Shown here piece after piece: positions 31,541-41,437 of a stretch of 64,000 nt of DNA (the first letter of the stretch is position 1; every line of letters starts with the position of its first letter). The notes beneath the pieces were generated by a model. That model saw nothing but the letters and a program-made list of their open reading frames with translations. It was not told the DNA's origin and searched no databases. The DNA comes from a bacterium (GTDB taxonomy: Bacteria > UBA8248): contig OZ241875.1 in the NCBI GenBank assembly GCA_965203325.1, positions 4,160,001 to 4,224,000 on the forward strand, given 5' to 3'. The position numbers and the translations under genes are program-made.

Positions 31541-31751
31541 AGGAGGTGTTGAAAAAGCTCCTTCGCCCTGAGCAGCGGCGAAGCCGCGTATCGAAGGGGC
31601 CTGTCCGAAACCCCCCATGCCTGCCCACATTCGATTTTGACTGTCATTCCGGCGGTGGGATTCCGTCCGGTCGAAGGGGTGTAGGGGTCGTTCGCGAACG
31701 ACCCCTACGAAAGCAAGACCTAAAAAACGCCATCTACAGCCGGAATGATGG
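31541..31751. repeat. MITE-like end plus REP palindromes
   Basis: GGAGGTGTTGAAAAAGCTCC; GTCATTCCGGC...GCCGGAATGA enclosing GTAGGGGTCGTTCGCGAACGACCCCTAC. Confidence 0.75.
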
Positions 31752-31796
31752 GCGAAAGAGTATTACCAAGGGCTTGGTGCCGGTCCTTCACACTGA

Positions 31797-32639
31797 TTAC
31801 CCGATCGCCGGCGTCCAGTCATAAATCCGCTGCAGGGCGCCTCCCATGAGTTCCGCGCGCTCGGCATCCGTCAGGCGGTCCGTGAGGCGGAACGGCGCCA
31901 CGCCCTGCTCGTAGGTCAACAGATGGACCGCGCGCGTCCAGTCGGTGCCCCACAGGCAGCGGTCGAGGCCGAACGCATCGAAGACCCGGCAGAGCGGGTC
32001 CCAGATATCGTCGTAGGGGTAGGGTTCGTGAGACAGCGTGCATGCGCCGGTGATCTTCACGGCGACGTTGTCGTAATCCGCAAGCGCCAGGAGACCGGGG
32101 AGGTCGGCGAATGGTTCCGGCGGCGCCGGCGGGTGGAAAGGCTGCTCCAGACCTAAGTGATCGAGGACCAGCATCGTGCCCGGATGCGCGCGCGCATACC
32201 GTGCGAAATGCTCCAGCAAGCCCCAGCACATGAGGTTGACCGGCATGGAGGCGCGGGCGGCGGCGGCGAGAACCCGGTCGATCCCCGGATGCGCGGGGTC
32301 GAGGCCGGGGCCGGGGTTCAGCATAATGCGCACCCCCACCGTCCCTTCCTGCGCGGCCCAGTCGGCGATCGTCTCCCCGACTGCGGGGTCGGTCGGGTCG
32401 ACCGGCTTGATCAGGGCGAACCGGCCCGGATGCGCGGCATGGACTTCGAGCGCATAGGAGGCGTCGTAGCGGTAGAGCGCGAACGGCGAGATGAGCACGG
32501 CGGCGTCGACGCCGACGGCGTCCATGGCCGCGGCCATGTCATTACCCGTAACTTCGGGCGGTCCCGGCAGGGTGCCGGCCCACGGCCGCCCCGGATGGTC
32601 CCTCTCATAAGCGTGGACCTGGGCGTCTATCGTCAGCAT
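31797..32639 (-). CDS. Amidohydrolase family protein (Amidohydro_2)
   Basis: IDAQVH, LDHLG, WGTDW. Confidence 0.88.
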   Translation of the reverse strand: MLTIDAQVHAYERDHPGRPWAGTLPGPPEVTGNDMAAAMDAVGVDAAVLISPFALYRYDASYALEVHAAHPGRFALIKPVDPTDPAVGETIADWAAQEGTVGVRIMLNPGPGLDPAHPGIDRVLAAAARASMPVNLMCWGLLEHFARYARAHPGTMLVLDHLGLEQPFHPPAPPEPFADLPGLLALADYDNVAVKITGACTLSHEPYPYDDIWDPLCRVFDAFGLDRCLWGTDWTRAVHLLTYEQGVAPFRLTDRLTDAERAELMGGALQRIYDWTPAIG

Positions 32640-32734
32640 GGCTTACGTCTCCGGGTTGGCGGGCAAGGGCGCCATGATTCCGTTTCGCTACGCTACCACA
32701 TCGGCCATTTTCGCCGCTATGCCCTGTGAGCGCC

Positions 32735-32977
32735 TCACCCCCCCACGATAGGCGGGAACACACAAAGCTCGGAACCTTCGGGTATCACGACTGATTTCTT
32801 GGCGTGCCGCCCGTCGAGCAGGACGATATAGGCTTCTTCATAAGGTATCTCGAAGCGGTCGAGCACATCGTATATGCTGGCGCCCTCGGGCAGCGTGATT
32901 TCGGCGGTGCCCTCCGCATCCTGTTCGGCTGGCATCTTCTCCGCGAAATCGGCGAACAATTTGATGCGGATATTCAT
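32735..32977 (-). CDS. ThiS/MoaD family sulfur carrier protein
   Basis: MNIRIKLFA...ELCVFPPIVGG with C-terminal Gly-Gly. Confidence 0.9.
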   Translation of the reverse strand: MNIRIKLFADFAEKMPAEQDAEGTAEITLPEGASIYDVLDRFEIPYEEAYIVLLDGRHAKKSVVIPEGSELCVFPPIVGG

Positions 32978-33046
32978 GGATAGTCTCTCGCTTCTTTCTT
33001 CCCGGGGCTGCACGGCGCCTCACGCATCACCTGTGAATGCGTATCT

Positions 33047-34285
33047 TTAAGACCCGCTCCCCGTCAATTCCCTCGCGCGAGCGAAGGCCGCCTCGATCAC
33101 CTGTTTGAGGGGAACCCCGCTTTCCTCCGCCAGGCGCCTGCAGTCTTCGTATTCGGGCGCGAGATTCGTGAGGGCACCCTCGAAAGTCCCTCGCTTGACG
33201 CGCACACGGCCCCAGGGGAGGTCGACCTCCACCCATTCGCGCTCGGCGACCGCGCGACCCGTCGTGCGGCGGCGGACGCCCAGGGTCGAAGTCTCGCGGA
33301 ACAGGAAGCGGGTTAAGGCGTCTTGTTTCGCCAGGGGACTTAAGATCGTGAGCAGTTGTCCGGGCCTTCCCTTCTTGCCCGTCACGGGTATGGAGAACGC
33401 ATCGAGCGCGCCCGCCTTAAGCGCCCCTTCGATGACGTGCGGGAACAGTTCGGGGCTCATGTCGTCGATGTTGGCTTCGAGCACGCAGATGGTGGCGGGC
33501 GGCTCGTCGCCTACGGCACCCGCCTCGCTTTCTCCCAAAAAGGCGCGGACGACGTTGGGGGTGTCCGGCTGGTCCTTGTCCCCCGCACCGTAGCCCACCC
33601 GCGCTATCGTCATCTCGGGCATGGGGCCGAAAAATTCCGCGCTCTCGGTGAGCAACAAGGCCCCCGTGGGGGTCAGGACCTCGCCTTCGAGGTCGCTCTG
33701 CGCCACGGGCGCGCCTTCGAGCAGCTTGGCGGTCGCGGGCGCCGGGACCGGCATCCGTCCGTGCGCGCATTGGACGAACCCGCTCCCCACAGGCAGCGGA
33801 GAGGCCGCCACCCGCTCGACGCCCAGCATGTGGAGACCCAGAAAATAGCCCGTGACGTCGATGATGGAATCAATCGCGCCGACCTCGTGGAAATGAACCG
33901 CGTCGACCTCGACCCCGTGAATGCCCGCCTCCACGACGCCCAGGCGATAAAACGCGGCGACGGCGCGGCTTTTGGGGGTTTCCGGTATCGGCGCATTTTC
34001 GAGGACTTCCCGAATCTGGCTGTAGGAGCGGCCGTGATGGTGTGAGCCGTGAGAATGCCCCTCTCCGTGGTGATGATGGTGTGCTTCATGGGTGATGTTC
34101 ACACTGAACTTTTGGGAGGTAACGCCTTGTTTCAAAACGCTATCAGCCGAAAGGGAATAGCCGCTGATTTCCAACTTCGCGAGTTCCTCTTCCAAGGCCG
34201 AGAAGTCCAGCCCCAAGTCTATCAGGGCGCCCACGAGCATATCCCCGGCGGCGCCGGCGAAGCAGTCGAAGTAGATGGTCTTCAT
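33047..34285 (-). CDS. larC: Nickel pincer cofactor biosynthesis protein LarC (nickel insertase)
   Basis: YFDCFAGAAGDML, His-rich tract, HFHEVGAIDSIID, EANIDDM, ETSTLGVR, PEYEDC. Confidence 0.95.
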   Translation of the reverse strand: MKTIYFDCFAGAAGDMLVGALIDLGLDFSALEEELAKLEISGYSLSADSVLKQGVTSQKFSVNITHEAHHHHHGEGHSHGSHHHGRSYSQIREVLENAPIPETPKSRAVAAFYRLGVVEAGIHGVEVDAVHFHEVGAIDSIIDVTGYFLGLHMLGVERVAASPLPVGSGFVQCAHGRMPVPAPATAKLLEGAPVAQSDLEGEVLTPTGALLLTESAEFFGPMPEMTIARVGYGAGDKDQPDTPNVVRAFLGESEAGAVGDEPPATICVLEANIDDMSPELFPHVIEGALKAGALDAFSIPVTGKKGRPGQLLTILSPLAKQDALTRFLFRETSTLGVRRRTTGRAVAEREWVEVDLPWGRVRVKRGTFEGALTNLAPEYEDCRRLAEESGVPLKQVIEAAFARARELTGSGS

Positions 34286-35040
34286 GTGGCGGCCGTTTGT
34301 CTGTTGATGAGGTGCGCCTGACACGCCGCGCCGAATCCGTTGTCGATGTTCACCACGCTCAAGCCCGAAGCGCACGAGTTCAGCATGGCGAAAAGCGCCG
34401 TCAGCCCGCCCAGGTTCGCGCCGTAGCCCACCGAGGTGGGCACTGCGATGACCGGGCACGCCACCAGCCCTGCGACCACAGACGGCAGGGCGCCCTCCAT
34501 GCCCGCCACGGCGATTACGGCGTTCGCCTCGCGCAGGGTCTCGACTTCCGCCAGGAGGCGGTGCAGGCCCGCCACACCCACGTCGTAGACGCGCGTCACG
34601 TTTGAACCCAGCACCCGCGCGGTCACCGCCGCCTCCTCGGCGACGGGCATGTCGGAGGTGCCCGCGCAAACGACCGCGATAGAACCGACAAGAGCGGGCG
34701 GATTTTCGCAAGGGATTTCGACGATGCGTGCGGTTTCGTGGTGGTTCGCGCGGGCGGATAATTCGAGCAGGGCTTCGGCCTGCTCTGTGCCCGCGTGGGT
34801 GACCATGACCGTTTGTTCTTTCTCCATCATGCTCTTTGCGATTTCGACGACCTGCTCCCTGGTTTTGCCTGCGCCGAAGATGACTTCGGGAAAGCCGTTC
34901 CTCAAGGCGCGGTGGTGATCCACCCGTGTGTGGCCCAAGTCCTCGAAGGGCAGGTCGCGAAGACGCGCGGCGGCCTCATCGGGCGCGAGGCGGCCCCCTT
35001 TCACCTGCTCCAGCAGATCGCGGATGAGTTCCGGGTTCAC
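34282..35040 (-). CDS. larB: Nickel pincer cofactor biosynthesis protein LarB
   Basis: DHHRALRNGFPEVIF, AGTSD, DVGVAGLHR, AGMEGAL, PTSVGYG, VVNIDNGFGA. Confidence 0.96.
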   Translation of the reverse strand: MNPELIRDLLEQVKGGRLAPDEAAARLRDLPFEDLGHTRVDHHRALRNGFPEVIFGAGKTREQVVEIAKSMMEKEQTVMVTHAGTEQAEALLELSARANHHETARIVEIPCENPPALVGSIAVVCAGTSDMPVAEEAAVTARVLGSNVTRVYDVGVAGLHRLLAEVETLREANAVIAVAGMEGALPSVVAGLVACPVIAVPTSVGYGANLGGLTALFAMLNSCASGLSVVNIDNGFGAACQAHLINRQTAAT

Positions 35041-35885
35041 GAGAGGATGAGGAGATCGGAGCCGCGCTCGGTTTTAAGCACTTCGTTCATGCTCCCCGAG
35101 CGGAACCCTTCGAGATCGATGGTCACGTAGGTGAAGCCGGCCTCTTTCATCCGGGCGATCACTTGCTGTGCGATTTCATCGTCCACCAGCCGCGCGATGT
35201 CGGTATTCGGCACCTCGATTCTGGCGACGTCGCCGTGGTGGCGCACCCGCAACTGCCGAAAGCCCAACTCCCGCAAGCCGCTTTCCGCCTTTTCGACCTG
35301 GGCGATTTTCTCGGGCGTGATGCGGTCGCCGTAAGGGAAGCGGCTCGAGAGGCACGCCTGCGCCGGCTTGTCCCAGGTGGGGAGGCCGAAGGATTGGGAA
35401 AGGGTGCGGATGTCCTCTTTCGTCATGTCCGCTTCCATGAGCGGGCTCCGCACGCCCAGTTCCCGCGCCGCCTGCATGCCGGGGCGGTGATCGCCCACGT
35501 CGTCGGCGTTCGAGCCGTCGACGATCACGGCCATCTTCTCTTCGGCAGCCACGCGGCTCAGGACGGAATAGAGCTCGTTCTTGCAGAAATAACAGCGGTT
35601 CGGCGGGTTGTTCCCGAATGATTCATCGGCTATCTCGTCGGTGTCGACGATGAGGTGGCGAATCCCGATTTGAGCTGCGAGTACGCGCGATTCTTCGAGT
35701 TCGGATGCGGCCAGGGTGACGGAGCGGCCCGTGACGGCGAGCGCGCCTGAGCCCAGGACGTCATAAGCCGCTTTGGCCAGAAAGGTGCTGTCCACCCCCG
35801 CCGAGAACGCGACCAGAACACTTCCCATCTCTTCGAGGGTTCGTTCGAGTCTTTTCAGTTTCACGTCGGGCTTCGCATCGCTCAA
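35037..35885 (-). CDS. larE: ATP-dependent sulfur transferase LarE
   Basis: AFSAGVDST PP-loop, RCYFCK, RPG, ACLSSR, DLEGFRSGSMN. Confidence 0.95.
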   Translation of the reverse strand: MSDAKPDVKLKRLERTLEEMGSVLVAFSAGVDSTFLAKAAYDVLGSGALAVTGRSVTLAASELEESRVLAAQIGIRHLIVDTDEIADESFGNNPPNRCYFCKNELYSVLSRVAAEEKMAVIVDGSNADDVGDHRPGMQAARELGVRSPLMEADMTKEDIRTLSQSFGLPTWDKPAQACLSSRFPYGDRITPEKIAQVEKAESGLRELGFRQLRVRHHGDVARIEVPNTDIARLVDDEIAQQVIARMKEAGFTYVTIDLEGFRSGSMNEVLKTERGSDLLILS

Positions 35886-36114
35886 GATGAGTCTCCGTTC
35901 GACGGCTGGTTTGGCGTATTCTATCCCGTCCGCCTCACCAAGGGCAACGCATCGACATTCAGGGCGCTATGGCGTATGACGATCTCCGGTTACCGGGCGG
36001 GCGGATGCCGCGAGCGCCCCCGATCGCCGGGGTGTGGCCAAATCGCACTGAATAGTCTATATGTTCGCCGTTCGGGGAGTTCGGGACGAGGACGATAAAG
36101 AGAGGGCTAGGGCT

Positions 36115-37203
36115 TTGAACGTGGAAGAGTTGTTGAGAAGGGGCGTCTCGTCGCTCAAGGCGTATGTGCCGGGGCGCTCCATCGAGGAGGTGGCCGCCGA
36201 GTACGGGCTGAGCGAGGTCGTGAAGCTCGCCAGCAACGAGAATGCGCTCGGCCCCGCACCTGGTGCGGTGGATGCGATTCGCGGCGCGCTCGACGGCCTG
36301 CACCGCTACCCCGACGGCGGGGCGAAGGCGCTGGCGGGGCGTCTGGCGCAGAAACTGGGCGTCTCCCCGGCCTGCGTGTTCATGGGAAACGGGGGCGACG
36401 ACGTTCTCTCCATATTGAGCAGGACGTTTCTGAACGAAGGCGACGAGGTGGTCATCCCCCAACCCACCTTCAGCCCCTACGCGCACGTGAGCCGGGTGAT
36501 GGGCGCACGGGTCGTTTTCTCGCCCCTGCGCGACATGCGAATCGATTTGGACGACGTTCTCGCCAGGGTTTCCGGGCGCACGAAAATCATATTCCTCTGC
36601 TCACCGAACAACCCCACGGGCGGGATTTTGACCGAAGGCGAGCTCGTCGCCTTTCTCGAAAAACTGCCCGAAGGCCTCCTGGTGCTCCTGGATGAGGCCT
36701 ATGGCGATTTCGCGGACGATCCTTCGTATCCCGACAGCGTCTCCATGGTCGAGCGCTTCCCACTCGTCGTCCTGCGCTCGTTCTCGAAAATCTACGGTCT
36801 GGCGGGACTGCGCGTGGGATTCGCCGTGAGCCGGGAGGGCGTCGTCGGATACATGAACCGCGTCCGCGAGCCTTTCAACGTGAATCAGCTCGCGCAGGCG
36901 GCGGCCCTGGCCGCGCTGGAAGACGACGGCTACAAGGAACGCGCCGTCACGCTGGTGCGCGCGGGCAGGGAAGCGCTCTATGCGGCGTTTGGCGAGATGG
37001 AGCTCGAATACGTGGAGAGCCAGGCCAATTTCATCTTCGTGCGCGTGGGCGAGGGCGACGCTGTGATGAGTGCCCTGATGCGCGAGGGCGTCATCGTTCG
37101 TCCCGGCAGCGCTTTCGGGCATCCCGAATGGATTCGCGTCACCGTCGGACTCCCCGGGGAGAACGCGCGCTTTCTCTCGAAGCTCAGAGATTTTCTCGTC
37201 TGA
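36115..37203 (+). CDS. hisC: Histidinol-phosphate aminotransferase
   Basis: KLASNEN, RYPD, SPNNPTG, DEAY, RSFSKIYGLAGLRVG. Confidence 0.92.
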   Translation: MNVEELLRRGVSSLKAYVPGRSIEEVAAEYGLSEVVKLASNENALGPAPGAVDAIRGALDGLHRYPDGGAKALAGRLAQKLGVSPACVFMGNGGDDVLSILSRTFLNEGDEVVIPQPTFSPYAHVSRVMGARVVFSPLRDMRIDLDDVLARVSGRTKIIFLCSPNNPTGGILTEGELVAFLEKLPEGLLVLLDEAYGDFADDPSYPDSVSMVERFPLVVLRSFSKIYGLAGLRVGFAVSREGVVGYMNRVREPFNVNQLAQAAALAALEDDGYKERAVTLVRAGREALYAAFGEMELEYVESQANFIFVRVGEGDAVMSALMREGVIVRPGSAFGHPEWIRVTVGLPGENARFLSKLRDFLV

Positions 37204-37387
37204 AGCCGTTTCAAGCGGCGGAATCAGGAAAAGAGTATACGCACGTTCTCCGGGTCGGGGCTGATTGCAGGAGACGTATGTGGGGTTGTTGAAAAGCCAC
37301 ATCGCAGGATAAATCGCGACAGAAGAAAGAAATCTTGCCGAGAACAGGTCGCGCTACTAGACCTTCCCGGAGCGTATCTGAAAATAG

Positions 37388-37433
37388 GAACCCCCCGACG
37401 CCGGAGATTTTCACCTCCGGCGTCGGGGGGTTC
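37388..37433. terminator. Long hairpin between convergent hisC and hup
   Basis: GAACCCCCCGACGCCGGAG-ATTTTCAC-CTCCGGCGTCGGGGGGTTC. Confidence 0.65.
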
Positions 37434-37479
37434 GCTCTATCGGATGATTCTTGTCCGAAGCGTCCTCAAAAGTCGGCGT

Positions 37480-37755
37480 TTATTTGTTCACAGCGTCTTT
37501 GAGGCTCTTGCCTGCGGAGAACTTGGGCGCCTTGCTCGCCTTGATCGAGATTGTCTCGCCCGTTTGCGGGTTGCGTCCCGTGCGCGCAGACCGCCGGGAA
37601 ACGGAAAAAGTCCCGAATCCGACAAGGGAAACGCGATTCCCTTTTTTCAGGGCTTGCGTCACGGAATCAAGCAAGGATTTTAGCGCCCGGTCCGCCGCGG
37701 CTTTTGATATGCCGGCATCCCCGGCGATTTTTTCTACCAGATCGGATCTCTGCAT
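37480..37755 (-). CDS. hup: DNA-binding protein HU
   Basis: [33 protein letters not shown]; start at ATG 37755. Confidence 0.96.
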   Translation of the reverse strand: MQRSDLVEKIAGDAGISKAAADRALKSLLDSVTQALKKGNRVSLVGFGTFSVSRRSARTGRNPQTGETISIKASKAPKFSAGKSLKDAVNK

Positions 37756-37830
37756 GGGGGTTCTCCCACTTTCAATGACGGGCCTTAACAAAAAATTGGT
37801 AGTCCAAATGTTTTTCTAAAGAGACGTAGC

Positions 37831-37859
37831 AATCTATCGTAGCCGCGCAGAGAGGTCAA
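37831..37859 (-). promoter_or_regulatory. Sigma70-type promoter of hup
   Basis: TTGACC-17 bp-TAGATT. Confidence 0.55.
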
Positions 37860-37926
37860 TAGAGAACATGGCGAAGAGCGGGATTTTTTATCAAGAGGCG
37901 AGAGTTTATGTGTATAAGTATTTTTA

Positions 37927-37939
37927 TATCAATTGCTTA
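37927..37939 (+). promoter_or_regulatory. IHF consensus site upstream of the hup promoter
   Basis: TATCAATTGCTTA matches WATCAANNNNTTR, with an AT tract. Confidence 0.5.
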
Positions 37940-38030
37940 GAAGATCAAAAAATCTTTACCGAAACTTGGAGGCAGGGAGCGCTCGCGTTTTCGTTGTTTC
38001 GTGCAATTTTCGCTCGATGGATGCTTCGAA

Positions 38031-39752
38031 CTAGCGGAGCGACAGTCCGGTGCGGCGCGGCATTTTGCGAAGTCGCTCGTAGCGCGCCACGTGCGGCTGG
38101 TCGAGCAGGGGCTTGGGTTCGTTCTCGAGGTTTTGCTGGTGAACGTCGTCCGGGAAACCCTCGATACCGACCCTGGGCAGTGCTTTGCCGATGAAGCGTT
38201 CGATGTTCTTGACGGGCGTGATTTCACCGGGCGACATGAGCGTCATGGCGTAGCCGATGCGGCCAGCTCGCGCCGTTCGTCCTGCGCGATGCACGTAGTC
38301 CTCGGGGTATTCGGGCACGTCGTAATTGATGACGTGGGAGATGCCCGTCACGTCGATGCCGCGCGAAACGATGTCCGTCGCCACGAGAATGCGGTGCTTG
38401 CCCTGGCGAAAGCCCGCCAGCGCGCGCTCCCTCTGGCGCTGGCTTCTGTCGGAGTGAATCTTGGCGACGGCAATTTTCTCGTTCTCCAGGAAATTGCACA
38501 GCACATCGGCCCCGGCCTTGGTTCTCGTGAAGATGAGAACGCTGGTGGGGTTGTACTTGTCGATGATGCCCAGCACGCCGCGGGGTTTGTTCGCCATGCT
38601 GATGGGGTAGACGCCGTGGTGGATGCCCTCCGCCGGCGTCGAGGGCGGCGAGATGTTGATTTGCACCGGGTCGCTCACCGCGCGATTCGCCAGGTCCTGA
38701 ATTTTCTCGGGCATGGTGGCGGAGAAGAGCATGGTTTGCCGCTTTTGGGGCAGGCGCTTAAGGATTTCGGTGATCTCCTCGGCGAAGCCCATGTCCAGCA
38801 TCCGGTCGGCCTCGTCGATGATGAGTATCTCCAGTTTCCTGAAATGAACGGATTTGCGCTTCAGGTGATCGAGCAGTCTGCCGGGTGTGGCGACGACGAC
38901 GTCCACGTTCGCCTGAAAGGCCTGGAACTGCGGCTCGTAGTCCACCCCGCCGTAGATGACGGCGCACGAGGTTTCGAGGTGTTTTCCCAGCCGGTGGAAT
39001 TGCTCCGAAACCTGGATGGCCAACTCCCGCGTGGGCGTCAGGACGAGGCATCGAGTGCCCGAGCCGCCTTGGAGGCGTTCGAGCGTCGGCAGGGCGAACG
39101 AGGCCGTTTTCCCCGTGCCCGTCTGGGCGCAGCCGATGATGTCGCGTCCCTCGCGCGCGAGGGGTATCGCCTCCCGCTGGATGGGGGTGGGGGCGTCGAA
39201 CCCGAGGCCGTGAATCCCGCGGAGCAGCTCCGCCCCGAAGCCGAGCTCCCGGAAGCCCTCGGGCGCGTCTGCGACGTCGAAATCGTCCACGCCGAAGTCG
39301 GCGGGGTCTTTTTGGTAGGTGATGCCGTTATAAGAGGGATTCGCGGCTTTCTGGGATTTTTGCGGTGCGGTTTTCGCTCCGGCTGTTGCGGGTTTTTTCT
39401 TGCGACGCCTTCTTGTCCTTTTGTTTTTGGATGTTTTGTCGTCGTTTTCCGGTTTTTTCGATTCTATGGTCGCTGCGTTTTGCTTATGCAAGTCATCTCC
39501 ATTATTTTGTTTTCTCCGGGGGCGTCGGCGACGACGGCGCTTGTTCCCGGGATTCGTCCTTTCCTGGTCGGTTTTTCCTTGCGGGGATTCACCGTTGAGG
39601 GGTGTCGAGGCGGAAAGCGTGTCGCTCCGCTCGGCATTGTCTGCGGATGATATGGAAGCTGTTTCCTGAACCTCGGGACTTGACTGGCTATCAGGGGCTT
39701 CTGCTTTGCTTTTGGAGCGAATGATGCTCGCTAAACGTTTGATTATTCTCAC
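38031..39752 (-). CDS. DEAD-box RNA helicase (RhlE-like) with a long basic disordered N-terminus
   Basis: AQTGTGKT, PTRELA, TPGRL, DEAD, SAT, HRAGRTAR. Confidence 0.95.
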   Translation of the reverse strand: MRIIKRLASIIRSKSKAEAPDSQSSPEVQETASISSADNAERSDTLSASTPLNGESPQGKTDQERTNPGNKRRRRRRPRRKQNNGDDLHKQNAATIESKKPENDDKTSKNKRTRRRRKKKPATAGAKTAPQKSQKAANPSYNGITYQKDPADFGVDDFDVADAPEGFRELGFGAELLRGIHGLGFDAPTPIQREAIPLAREGRDIIGCAQTGTGKTASFALPTLERLQGGSGTRCLVLTPTRELAIQVSEQFHRLGKHLETSCAVIYGGVDYEPQFQAFQANVDVVVATPGRLLDHLKRKSVHFRKLEILIIDEADRMLDMGFAEEITEILKRLPQKRQTMLFSATMPEKIQDLANRAVSDPVQINISPPSTPAEGIHHGVYPISMANKPRGVLGIIDKYNPTSVLIFTRTKAGADVLCNFLENEKIAVAKIHSDRSQRQRERALAGFRQGKHRILVATDIVSRGIDVTGISHVINYDVPEYPEDYVHRAGRTARAGRIGYAMTLMSPGEITPVKNIERFIGKALPRVGIEGFPDDVHQQNLENEPKPLLDQPHVARYERLRKMPRRTGLSLR

Positions 39753-39760
39753 GGTGAGCT

Positions 39761-39789
39761 TTTATAGGGAAGATGCTCGCGTCTGTCAA
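39761..39789 (-). promoter_or_regulatory. Sigma70-type promoter of the DEAD helicase gene
   Basis: TTGACA-17 bp-TATAAA, ending 8 nt before the GTG start. Confidence 0.65.
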
Positions 39790-39830
39790 GCGGGGTATGC
39801 GAGGACTTGCAGTTGGAGGGGAGCCTGTTC

Positions 39831-40832
39831 ATGACGCAAAAAGGGGTCGTATTGTGGCATCAGGAGACCATCGACGCGCGCGACGTGCCGCGTTTCGCCC
39901 GGTGGTGCGAGAATTCGGGAATCGACTCGCTCTGGTTTCCCGAAACCTGGGTGCGCGACGGCGGTATCCTCATCGCCATGGCGGCGCAGGCGGTGGACGG
40001 CATCAATCTGGGGGCCGCGGTGTTCAACATCTACGGCAGAACGCCCGGCCTCATGGCGCAGACGGCGGCGGAACTCGACGTGCTGAGCAACGGCCGCTTC
40101 CACTTGGGAATCGGCTCGAGCGGACAGGCGGTGATCGAGAACTGGCACGGGATGCCCTTCGGCAGTCCGCTCAAGCGCTCGCGTGAGATGGTCGCAGCCC
40201 TGCGTCAGGCGTTTCGCGGCGAGCGCGTGGAATTGGAGGGTGAAATCTACCGGCTGAGCGGCTTCAAGCTGCGCCGCAAGCCGGTGCAGGAGCGCCTGCC
40301 CATCTACCTGGGGTCGAACGGCCCGAACTACACGAGGCTGACCGGAGAGATCGCAGACGGCTGGATTCCTTTCTGCATTCCGTTTTCGAGAACAAGGGAT
40401 GCCCTTAAACTCCTCGAAGAAGGCGCCGAATCGGCGGGCAGGGCGGTCTCGGAGGTCGACGTGGCGCCCTTCGTCTACACGGCGCCGTTTGACGATCTCG
40501 ATCGCGCGCGCGCCCTCGTGAAGCCCGAACTGGGCTTTTACATCGCCGCGATGGGCGATTACTACCAGGCGCAACTCACGCGCTGGGGCTACGGGGAGGA
40601 TGCTCAAAAAATCCGGGCGGCTTGGAGGAAGGGCGGCCGGAAAGCAGTGGGAGAGGCGCTCTCGGATGAACTGGTGGATGACCTCGCCATCTGCGGCCCC
40701 AAATCCAGATGCAACGAAATGCTGGCCGCTCTCCGGGAGATGGGCGTCACGCAGCCGCTTTTCCGGATACCTGACGAGACGTCCGAAGAGGACGTGAAGC
40801 GCGCGCTCGGGGTTTTGGGAGAACTAGACTGA
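39831..40832 (+). CDS. LLM class flavin/F420-dependent oxidoreductase
   Basis: LWFPETW, RTPGLMAQTAAELDVLSNGRFHLGIGSSG, GEIADGW. Confidence 0.9.
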   Translation: MTQKGVVLWHQETIDARDVPRFARWCENSGIDSLWFPETWVRDGGILIAMAAQAVDGINLGAAVFNIYGRTPGLMAQTAAELDVLSNGRFHLGIGSSGQAVIENWHGMPFGSPLKRSREMVAALRQAFRGERVELEGEIYRLSGFKLRRKPVQERLPIYLGSNGPNYTRLTGEIADGWIPFCIPFSRTRDALKLLEEGAESAGRAVSEVDVAPFVYTAPFDDLDRARALVKPELGFYIAAMGDYYQAQLTRWGYGEDAQKIRAAWRKGGRKAVGEALSDELVDDLAICGPKSRCNEMLAALREMGVTQPLFRIPDETSEEDVKRALGVLGELD

Positions 40833-40836
40833 ATAT

Positions 40837-41361
40837 CTAAGCGGGGTATCGCCCCCAGCCTGCGATGTGGCCCCTCAGATAGCATATCTGCCCGACGTGC
40901 GAGAGGTGGTCGCCGAGAAATCTCCCCAGAACCAGACCGAGCTTGATGGGCTTCTTCGTGTAGAAATCGATTTCTTCCCTGTCGAGGTCCGCCGCGCTCA
41001 ACCCCGAGAGGCAGGGGAGCGTTTTCCCGCGCACCGCTTCGAAATAGCCCATCAGGGCGTCCTTGCTGGCTCTAAGGGCCAGGACCTGTTCGAGCGTGAA
41101 GCCCACGCCTGTGCATTCGGGGTCGGGCTCCATGCCGAACCGCTCGTGCCATTTCCCCTCTATCCAGAGCTCCGGGGTTCTGCCGAGGAACGAAAACGTC
41201 CTGTCCTCGAAGCGCGTCATGTGCCAGATGAGCCAGCCCATGGGGTTGTCGTTCGGGCCGGGCTGAAGCATGAGGTCCTCGTCGGTGACGTCTTCCATGA
41301 CTTCTCTGAGCCGCATGCCGTAGGCTTCGAGGCGCTCCCTGATGATTGTCGGCGCGTCCAT
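40837..41361 (-). CDS. DinB family protein
   Basis: NPMGWLIWH and DHLSHVGQICYLRG His triad. Confidence 0.88.
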   Translation of the reverse strand: MDAPTIIRERLEAYGMRLREVMEDVTDEDLMLQPGPNDNPMGWLIWHMTRFEDRTFSFLGRTPELWIEGKWHERFGMEPDPECTGVGFTLEQVLALRASKDALMGYFEAVRGKTLPCLSGLSAADLDREEIDFYTKKPIKLGLVLGRFLGDHLSHVGQICYLRGHIAGWGRYPA

Positions 41362-41390
41362 GCCGGGCCTCCTCCGTTCGTTGCGGAAAC

Positions 41391-41421
41391 GAAAAGCGCC
41401 CCTCGAAAACGGGGGCGCATT
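41391..41421 (-). terminator. Intrinsic terminator after the deiodinase-like gene
   Basis: Minus strand reads GCGCCCCCG-TTTT-CGAGGGGCGC-TTTT. Confidence 0.6.
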
Positions 41422-41437
41422 TCAAAGACGAATTTCG

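Noticed and set aside
33047..34711. 554 aa LarC with an N-terminal extension, or a programmed frameshift in larC
   Set aside because: The extension is an off-frame overlap with larB; larC starts at 34285 and is one continuous frame.
38001..39650. Long antisense ORFs (also 3530..5065, 9408..10727, 25282..26577, 30377..31630 and others)
   Set aside because: Shadow frames of high-GC coding genes; no motifs or RBS.
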